Assembly (NCBI GenBank): GCA_015680685.1
Contig: MNCI01001040.1
Location: 307,492-371,491 of the forward strand
Length of the DNA stretch: 64,000 bases
From: Gnetum montanum
Taxonomy: Eukaryota > Plantae > Gnetophyta
Direction of reading: 5' to 3'
Part shown: positions 11,471 to 21,123 of the stretch, piece after piece
Layout: each line of letters begins with the position of its first letter
How positions within the stretch are numbered: the first letter of the stretch is position 1
Position numbers and translations under genes: made by a program
Notes under the pieces: generated by a model
Seen by the model: the letters and a program-made list of their open reading frames with translations, nothing else
Databases searched by the model: none
Told to the model about the DNA's origin: nothing

Positions 11471-14400
11471 ATGAATCCTATGAACCCTTCAACTTCTGCT
11501 CTGAGCATGGAGGTAGCTCATCCCATCCAATAGGTGGTAGACATCAAGCCACTGCCCAATCTTGTACAACCACAATAGTAGTCACTCAGGTTGCATAGCC
11601 AACCACCTGAATATAGGGCGTTGGACGATGAAAGATACAACTTTCTTTATGCAAATATGAAGGTGGGTCTATCCTTAGACTGCCAAGAAATAGATGTAAA
11701 GCATACCTTTGAAATCATTCATTGGAATAGGAAGGAGTTCTTTCCTACACCTAACACATTCATCCTACTCATTAACACCTTCAGGTGGTTATTAGACCAA
11801 CTCATTAGAGTAAGTGGGTTGAAAGAGCAAGATGTAACATTAAACTATGATGTGCCCTTGTAGGATGGGCAAGATGAGTTTGAAGCTTATTTAGAGAGTA
11901 GTATCCTATTCTACAACTTTTTCCAACAGCCCATCTCTAGCTTTGTCCCACACCAATCACAATCATCTACCTTCTTTAAGATAGTAGTGTCACTCTTGTC
12001 ATCCAAGTCAACACCTATGGTAGCTAGCACCAGGTTTTGCATGCATAAGGTGTAAGATCCTCTACCACTTTCTCCTTTTTCATCTACTCCCAATCTATGT
12101 AGCCTTCCCTACTAGCATCCATGATGTTGACATTGTTGTATGTGCACATGATGCCTATATCTTAGTCATAAACAAGTTAGGTGTCTTTCATTCCAACAAT
12201 CCTAGTAGCACCTCCAACAAGAGCCCAAGCCACAACCACATGGTGGTCCATGTACTTTGTGCCTATGACACAGTGATCACACATTCCACAATACACACAA
12301 CAATAGAATCAACAAGCATCCCATGTGGTGGTGCAGCCCACAGCTGGAATATGGACTGCTCAAATAGCACCATAGGTAGCACAACTAGTGCAACCTACTG
12401 CATCATCCTCGAGTTTGGATCAAGCATTCCAACTCATTCAAACCCTCATGGAGGAAGTTAGATGACTCAAAGTAGCCAACTTAGAAATGGTCCATGTGAT
12501 GGACTTCTACCACAGTAACCCTATCAGTCTTATGGTCTTGCCACTAACTCTACCTCCTGAAGTCTAACTACCTCAATTCACAAAATACAATGGTGAGGGG
12601 GATCCCAATGCCTACCTTATAACTTTTTATTATGAATGACTACTTCTACAAGCATGGCCACATGCAATCATCTATGTCTTTTCCATGTCCTTGATAGGCA
12701 AAGCTCTTGATTGGTATCATGCACTTCCTAGAGCTTCCATATTAACTTTGGAGTAGCTACTCAGCCAATTTGAACTTGCTTCAAGTATAACTTAAAGCCT
12801 AAGGACATCCTAGACCAATTAATGAACATCAAGAAAGAAGTGCTAGAACTAGTGCAAAACTTCATAGAATGTTGGAGCACTTCCCTCAATGAAATCTATG
12901 ATCTAATCATAGAAACTTACCTACTAGCTATCTTCAAAGGTGCTGTAAATGACTTTATTATGTCAAAACTATATTATTTAGTCCCACACTCTCTTAGCAA
13001 ACCTTTTGCTCAAACAAAGAGCATACAGGATGTAGTAGAGGCTAGTAAGGACCTAGCCTATGTGGCCTAAAAAAATGCATACATGAAAAAGGACAAGGAA
13101 AAGAAGAAGGCAATAGCAACCATTGCAGTTGTGGCTAATGAAGCCAAACCCAATGACACTAAACCAATGGCCAAGGCACTTAAAGCCTCAACTAGTAACA
13201 ACAAAGCATTGGGTTCTAGCACTCTAGGAACCAACTAGCCCACACCATTGATGACCTTGAGGCAAGCTCCCCAATGGCCAAACTTTAAGCACAAGGATCG
13301 CTCAAAGTATACCCCCTTGCCCATCTAGCTATCTAAGCTCTTGGACTAGTTGCTTTGTGCTAGACGCATCCAACACAAGAAAATGTCTGAGGATGCACAT
13401 AAGTACCATGAAAGGTACTGCGAGGTCCTTAGAAATCCCTCCATAGCTATGTCAAATTAGTCCCCAATCCCTAAAAACTTTAGATTGGACCAATTCTACA
13501 ACTATCACCAGTTGCATGGCCATGATACTGACTACTACTTGGCATTAAAAGATAACATTCAACACATGATTAATCAAGGAAAATTGGTCCTTGATGAGAG
13601 CAATCCTATACGACCAAAAAATAAATCAATGAAAATTTACAAGGATCCCCTCAATGCTAGCAGTGTAGGTTACATCATCAATGCTATCAGCATTGATGAC
13701 AATGCAGGACTGGCACATGAATCATTTGTGGTTCGTGTGCCCTCTGGTGACGCTAGGGTCTCAACGTCAACTAGACCACAACCCCCTTTTATCATCAAAG
13801 TAACACCTCATGCGCTCATAAAACCCTTTGCGGTTAGGGCCCCACAACACATTGTGGTGATGGCAATCCAAACAACTTTTTTCATTAGGGTGCCAAGATG
13901 TGTGGACCCCTCACCTACCTAGGGTCCAATGGTGGGAATTGCATCACATCCTACCCATCCAAAGTCATATCCTAAGAGATCTAATGATCATCTAGCTAAC
14001 AAAATAATCATGGAATGTATGGAATTAGGTCATCCTAAGCTTTTCCCCTTGTCAACCATCCCAATGGCCTCATCATCTCGAATTTCCAACTTGAATGCAA
14101 ACAACCAAAAAATGAGTACTGAGGCTTGGAAGCCTACGACAAAACCAAAGGCTAAATGCCCTCCCTAGGAGATTCATCTCTTGGGTCAGATGGAGGAGGT
14201 AAAGGCCACCAAAATAATAGATAGTAGAAAAGATTTCTTGGATGCACTAGCACAAGTTAAACAAGCTCTCAAACAAAAGAACATGACTTTGAGCCTGTAC
14301 AACTTGATAATGACTTCCTCTACTCATCGCGATGCATTAGTTCACATGCTAATATTTATTCTTGTTAAGGAAGAAATTTTTTGTAGATGAAAAAGCCATT

Positions 14401-15160
14401 CACATGATAATGATTCCCCCCACAACCCAAGAGTCAAGGTCAACACCCTTGACATTTCATGATGAGGTGGTCAAGGTTGATCTTGAAAAGGGTTAGGTAA
14501 CTAGTGCACCCATGTTTATAACAATTTGTGTAGGCTAGTATAAAATTCGTAGGGTACATATTGATGATAGGGTGGCAACCAATGTCATCCCATTCACCAT
14601 TGTTGATAAACTTGGCTTGGCTAATCAGATCAAGTTGACAAAAATAATGTGCTTGAAATCCTTTAATGGAGCACATGTTGTTGTAAAGGGAACAGTGATG
14701 ATAGCTTTTATGGTAGGAGAAAAATTCCCCACTACCGTTGAGTTCATTGTGATTGAAGAAATGCTAGGATTCAACCTAATCCTAGGGAGGTCTTGGTTAG
14801 CCTAGTTACAAGTTGTTTCTTCACTTATTCATCAAGAGATCCACTTGCCCTGTGAGGGTGAAGAGGTGGTGATCTATGGTGACAATGTAACTCCCCCAAA
14901 CATCAACATTTTTAACATAGAACAAGGGCAAGAAGTAGAGTTCTCTAAGGACACACCACCAATTTAGGGTGAGGGCCAATATTGTCTGGTTGATCTACCT
15001 AAATAACCAAGTGAAATGAGCCACCTCCTTGAGGGAGCTATTTGGGTAGAATTTCCCTTTTGTGCAATAGACGAAGGTCTAGGTGAATACTGTCATGTGC
15101 CTCCCAAGCCTTATGTGCCTCCTAATCCACATTAGGTTAGAAAACACTTACATGACTAAG
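11471..15160 (+). pseudogene. gag: Decayed gag-protease of element B
   Basis: KYNGEGDPNAYL gag motif (~12585); YNYHQLHGHDTDYY knuckle remnant; protease HIDD..ATNVI...FNLILGRSWL (14557-14800). Confidence 0.85.
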
Positions 15161-15320
15161 GTATCCCCTTAGTTTGTCTACATGTTTTTCTTGCTTCTTG
15201 TTCTTTTCTTGAATAGTTATTTTTGTATTGTTATTTGCATCTTGAATTAGTTATGTCATTTCTTTAGTTTACATAATCTTGTTTAGAATTTTTATTTTCA
15301 AATAGAAAATAAAAAAAAAT

Positions 15321-15545
15321 TGGCCTTCTAAGGCCTAAAATTGGAAACCTACTCCCTTGTATGCTATAGCCCAAAAAGGCCTTAAACTATCACATGGCTA
15401 GATAAGGCCTAAAACTAGCAACTTCCTTTCTAGAAATGGCTCAAAATGGCCCTAAACTAGTGATAGCCTAAAATGGCCTTAAACTAGTGATGGCCATTCT
15501 GCCATGGCCTTAAACTGGCATGGAGCCCATAAGGGGCTTAATTGC
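15321..15545 (+). repeat. Array of TGGCC-loop-GGCC-TTAAACTRG units (B, after protease)
   Basis: About 6-7 units with variable spacers. Equivalent arrays at 37063-37171 (D) and 46190-46425 (E, minus). Confidence 0.85.
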
Positions 15546-15721
15546 ATCAATCATATCACACGTTAAAATTACAACAACATAATATACAACAAACTGATAC
15601 ACAAATAATCATCACATTTTTATTAAGTTAGTAATAAAATATATAACTAAAGTTTACGTTCAAGATAAAAATTGCCAAAAAACACAAAATTTCCCAATAA
15701 TAGGGCTACATTCTGGGCATT

Positions 15722-18700
15722 TCAGCCTATAGTGTTTAGTGGGGGCTAGGGCTCTTCCTCTTCCTCTTCATCCATTGCTCCGCTAGGGCCTGCGCCATCA
15801 CTCGAAACCTACATTAAATAAAAATAAAATAATAAATTGGCTAACAAATAAAGTGACATGCAACATTATAATACAATAAATAAAAATAATTCAAACTAGA
15901 CCAACCTAAGAAGGACCTACATCCATGTTTGGGGGCATCCTATCAAGGCCCACCTCCAAATGTTAGAGGATTTCATCCTTTAATAGTCATGTCCAATCCT
16001 CCTTGCCCATGTCAATTTCTATGAGGGTCTTTCTTGTCTCTATAGCTATCCATGAGGGTAGCCTTGGTGAAAACCTAGTATAAGTGACCTTTCTTGAAGG
16101 TACAATGATGTGTCTCTTTGGTTCCTCTCACCACTATGTGATGGGAAAATAGTTCATAAGCCTATGTTGTGCTAATTGCATCAAGAAATATGTCTTGGTA
16201 ATGATGCTCCATGGACTTACCCTTGTACCTCTTAAGGTACGCCTCACATTCCTGCTTATAGTGATGCTTATGATTCTTTTAAGTCTAGCCCCATTAATAC
16301 ACTTTTGCACTGTAATCCTTCCAGTCTTAGTTCTTCCTTGCTAGTAGGTCCATCTACAACTATTGTTCAATCACCTTCCTAGTGGCCTCATTCTTACCCA
16401 AAATGGATGATTAATACTTAGCATAGTTAATTTTAGCTATGTGCTAGGTACCATTAGGTTTGTCACGTGCCACCAGGAAGTCATAATGGGATTACAGGTC
16501 CTCCAATCTTACATCTTGGCTTTCCCCCCTTCTCTTGGAGCTCATGCACCTATTTCCATAGATGCTTGTTAATGCACTTGCACTCCCACAATGCTCTCAT
16601 AGATGAAAGCACACATATGCTTTCCTTATCATACATGTGGCAAGGCATTTTCTCCACCTCAAGGAAAAACTTAGGCACAACATCAACTTGGACCACCCTG
16701 TTTGAGTCCCACCAAAGTTGTGAACCTATTATCACATAATAGGCAAAGCAACATTAGACATGAACCAAGCAGTAAATCTATAGAAAAAATAGATAAATAT
16801 AGACATACCAATATTAGGGTCCATTTGTTGTATATATTCCATCATGTCATCCACCAAGCCTTGCATAAAAGCAAACTTATTTGGAGCCGTTGTCCATGGT
16901 TGCATACGGAAGGTGGATGTAGACATTGGGCACTCAGTGGAAGCATTGATAGTTGCAACATGATGCACTTAATAATTATTAGGTAATACAATAGCCAAGG
17001 GCTAAAGAAAAATAAAAATAAAAATAAATAGATGGTGGTGCAAAGCTCCTACCCAACAAGCCCTCAAATGTGAGAGTGGAGGATCACCCATTTACATGCT
17101 GTCAAAGAAATTTTCAAACTCACCCTTGTCAAACTACAACAACCCTTCTTCCTCAAGTTTCTATAGCACCTTTGTAGCTTCTTGTTCATCTTTGCCTAGT
17201 ACTTGTCCCTTAGGCTAAGGAGGGACATTATCCTCTATGGGCTCTGCTACTACTGCATGGGCCCTTTTGCCTACATCATATAAGTTAAATTAGAAATTTC
17301 AATTATGAGCATAGTATAGCATGATATGTTATAGTAGTATCCAATAATTCATACTAGTGATTTCTAAGTGTGCATTGTGAAGCTTAGAAAAGATCCTTTT
17401 ACCACTCTTCCCTACTTCACGTACGGGCTCCTCTATGGGGTGTGGTTTCTTAATCCTTTTTCTAGATGACCCCACTACCTTAGCAATGAGTCATGCCCCT
17501 CTCACTCTATTCCTAGTGTTGGTTGGTGGGGCCTCCCATACACTATCATGTGTGTAATGGGATTGTCCCACATTGCCTCTAGTCATTACAAAGAATGACT
17601 CACTAATCGCCTTTGGAGGATCCCATGACCATGTAGTGTTGAACAAGTGATGGATCCATGGCTTAGAGATTTGCCTGTAGTCTTGCACCACCCACCACCC
17701 TTCCTCATGAACCACCAAAAACTCCAAAAACCTTCACAGGCATGCTACAAATCTCAACATGAAGGCCACTAGCAAGGTAAGAGACCCAATTTTACTACAT
17801 CCCCTCCTCTATTACATCCCTCATCACCCAAGCTTGTTCCACCCCAAGAAGTTTTCCTTAGGAGAGTAGCTTTGGGAATGCATGAGCATGAAAGATTGGA
17901 TAGAGGTGGTGGACTATGGACACCTTCACTTCCTTGATTGGTATGCCTTTATAGACCTTAGAAGTGCCCAACCACTTATCAACGTCCCATCTGTGGTCTA
18001 TGTCTTTGCAATTTTTTCTACAATTGGTGGACTCTTAGAGGTGATGCCAAAGAGGTTTGCAAAAAATTCATTCATAATTTCAAAGGTCATCCACACACCA
18101 TGAACTTGTGTCATGAAGGGATTAGCACTCTCACTAAAGGAGTTAATGATGGTAATCATGTTGACCACTAGGATGCTTGGGCTAATGACCATGAAAAGAT
18201 CCATTAACCCAACTCATTGAAGCTTTCTAGTTATTTCCACTAGGGCCTTGTAGCACAACTAATGTTGTGAACTCTCAACCTCATCATATTTCATGATGAA
18301 GGTGGCCTTAGTGTGGCCTGTTGTGATCATTGTGACCTCTCTTGACTTAACTATAGTTGTAATAGGCAAAAGTCAAGTTAGAAACATGAGAAAAGCTAAG
18401 CAAGAAACACATAAAAAATGAATGATGCACTACCCACATGTCGAAAATGGTATGTGGGATAGTGGTGGTGGGGTTGAAACCTCCTCCATGCTCAGTATGT
18501 TGCTCACCCACTCAGCATCCAACTAGCTGAGAACCTAACACCTCTCATAAGACTTAGATAATCGATGAGAGAGTTTTGCTAGGTTTTCCCCAATTTTCCC
18601 AATCATTGTCGTATGAACATTCTCAAAAGATAAGAATTCTTGTAGGGTAGTGAGAGTCAAGTTCAATGTCCCCTCCTCATCATGGAGGCCATTTGCATCA

Positions 18701-19423
18701 ATGGTAAACCTAGCAATGGACATGAGTAGTTAGCATATTAATATGAGTCATATTCAAGTGAATAGTTCAAGAATCATAAGAGAACTCACCTACCAACATA
18801 ATATACCATCCTAGGTGGGTTCTGAAAAAGAGTATGTATGCATCGGGAAATGAACAACGTGTTGCTCTTATTGTAGCATTGGAATTCTAGCATCTCCTAG
18901 ATCTTGGACAAAGGCCTAAGGCCTTTGTGGGCTCGGCTTGAACTCCCTACTCCTTCATCACTAGCAAGCTCATTAGATATGAACCTTATGATGCATTGAT
19001 TCACCCCAAGCAATAGAAGTTCTGTTATGATGCCTATTGCTTCTATTGCCAAGTGTGACCATATCATCACACTAAAGTAGTGAAGCAAAAATTCCAAGAA
19101 TTATTGTGCTCCCAACCTAAACCATACTACTTGGTGAGCTATACATGTGTCTGGTTTAAGTACGTTTTGAACAGGCTCACTCATGCAACATAGAATACCC
19201 TCCAGCTTAACCATGATGAGGATGGGTTTTAATAGTACCTTGTAGCCATAGTAGTGATAAGAAGAGAATGTTAACATTGGATAAAAAGTGAAAAAAAGAT
19301 GTACAAAAAATTAGACTCAACATATTAGGAAAATTCATAACTTTCCCACTAAGCTCCACAGGAAAGGAACGTTAGCATATCCATCTGACATGCCTAGTTC
19401 CCAATGGGGCATAACACTAACAT
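15722..19423 (-). pseudogene. Antisense spliced accessory gene of element B: FCP1/NIF-like HAD domain + plant-transposon-protein-like domain + charged C-terminus (now carries stops)
   Basis: Exons: 19423-19321, 19238-18790, 18709-18434, 18350-17355, 17270-17053, 16968-16809, 16725-15906, 15808-15722. Introns are 80-97 bp with GT..AG ends (two sites mutated). 6 of 7 junctions keep the frame. AATAAA on minus at 15624-15619. Confidence 0.8.
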
Positions 19424-19860
19424 CTATGTTTCACATTAAGAAACATTATAACTTTGGAAATATAAAAAAATTCACTAATTGTTGATTACGCTCCCCATAG
19501 AGTGTAACCTTCAAAATTATCAAAAAGAAAAAAAAACATTCTAAGTGTTGGTTACATTCCTTGTCGAGCATAATAACTGCAAAAAATTCTAAGTGCTGGC
19601 TATGCTCCCCACTAAGTGTAACAACTACAAAAATTTCCAACTACCAAAAAATTTCAAACTATTGGTTACACTCACTGTAGAGTATAACTAGTTAACTATG
19701 TTACCTACAGAGTGTGACACTAGAAGATCAAAATTTATTTTTTAACTTTTTTTTTTGTTATGCTTTTAGGAATGTACCCTAGTGTGACAGATGTGGCCTT
19801 CATCATCATCCTACTTGGACCATTACGCTCTCTATTCACCTTCAAGCTACCTTGGTCTCT

Positions 19861-20163
19861 ATCCCATGTCATGCATGGGATGCCAAAGATCCCTATCCTA
19901 TGTCATATGCAGGATGCTAAAAAACTCTATTCCACATCATGCATGGGATGCCAAAACACTTTTTTCTATGTCATGTGTGGGATGCCAAAAAAGTCTATCC
20001 CATGCCCTGCATGGGATGCCAAAAAAATTTATCCCACATCACGTGTAGGATGCCAAAAAACTCTATCCTATGTTGCACATGGGATGCCAAAAAACTCTAT
20101 CCCATGTCACATGTGGGATGCCAAAAAAAAATTTTCCACACTATGTGTGGGCTGAAAAACTCT
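19861..20163. repeat. Tandem repeat, about 9 x 34 bp, each unit with internal inverted repeat ATCCCA-N9-TGGGAT
   Basis: Consensus close to ATCCCATGTCACGCATGGGATGCCAAAAAACTCT. Units start near 19861, 19895, 19929, 19964, 19997, 20031, 20065, 20099 and 20135. Confidence 0.9.
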
Positions 20164-21123
20164 ATCTTATAGCATGCACATTACACAAAAAAAATAGAAA
20201 AAAACGCCCTCACAACAAAAACTTAGAAATCCACAAAATCCACCACATACATTCCCTTCCCTGGCTGTGACTCATGGTACTCATTGTAGTAGTGGTAGTC
20301 CCTACCCAAGGCTAGCCATCTCCAAAACCCCAAAACCTTGAGGTGAAGAAGAAAAAAGGAAAGAAAACATAAGAGAAGACCATATCACTTTAGCTTGTTG
20401 ATGACATCTCCCTTTGGTCCTCTATGCATGCCCTAGGAAGATGCCTTCATGTGCATCCTCCTTCATCCACATTGGTCAATTTAGGGAGTTGGTGTTTACT
20501 ATAATGTGTCATGGCTAAATGATTATGATCTTATTTTACTTTTTCCCTTTACTATGCTCTAGCTTCCTTTCTTTAGTTGCTACACTCTACTTCCCTTCAC
20601 CTTGGCTACACTATGCTCGATGACTGTTTATTTCAACTTTGAAAATGAAAAATTGACAATGGTAAAACTTTTGTTTATACTCTTCCAGGGTGAAGGACAC
20701 ATCACCCTCCTAGGTCCTGTCCTATGCCCCACATGTAACGTAGGACTATCCCATGTCCTGCACGTAACGTGGGATGAGCATAGCACCCAGTGTTAGAAAT
20801 TTTTTTCAACTTTTCTAGCATCTCCATACTTAGAAATTTTTTTGCATTTTCCTGGTTTCCCAATAAACACCCAACCTAATTCCACATTTAAAACCTTCCA
20901 AGCCCTACCTAAACCAATTCATCTTGCACAAACCATGGTCTGCTACAACCTTAAACTAGAAATCCTAGGGCCAATGAAGACCCCAAAATTAATTTACATA
21001 CTTGCTATATTAGATCCCAAAACTACACAGTTAGGTGAATTTTCATAACATTTTCTTCCTTATTTTATGCATTATACCTTATTAAGATAGGTGCATCTTG
21101 ACATTATTTTGGTTGTTTTGTAG

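Noticed and set aside
15722-19423. Reading the antisense gene as a functional host gene
   Set aside because: It lies wholly inside TSD-bounded element B and carries many stops, at least one frameshift and two mutated splice sites. This copy is dead.
19760-20270. Overlapping Cys/His-rich ORFs in three frames
   Set aside because: They are translations of the 34 bp tandem repeat.
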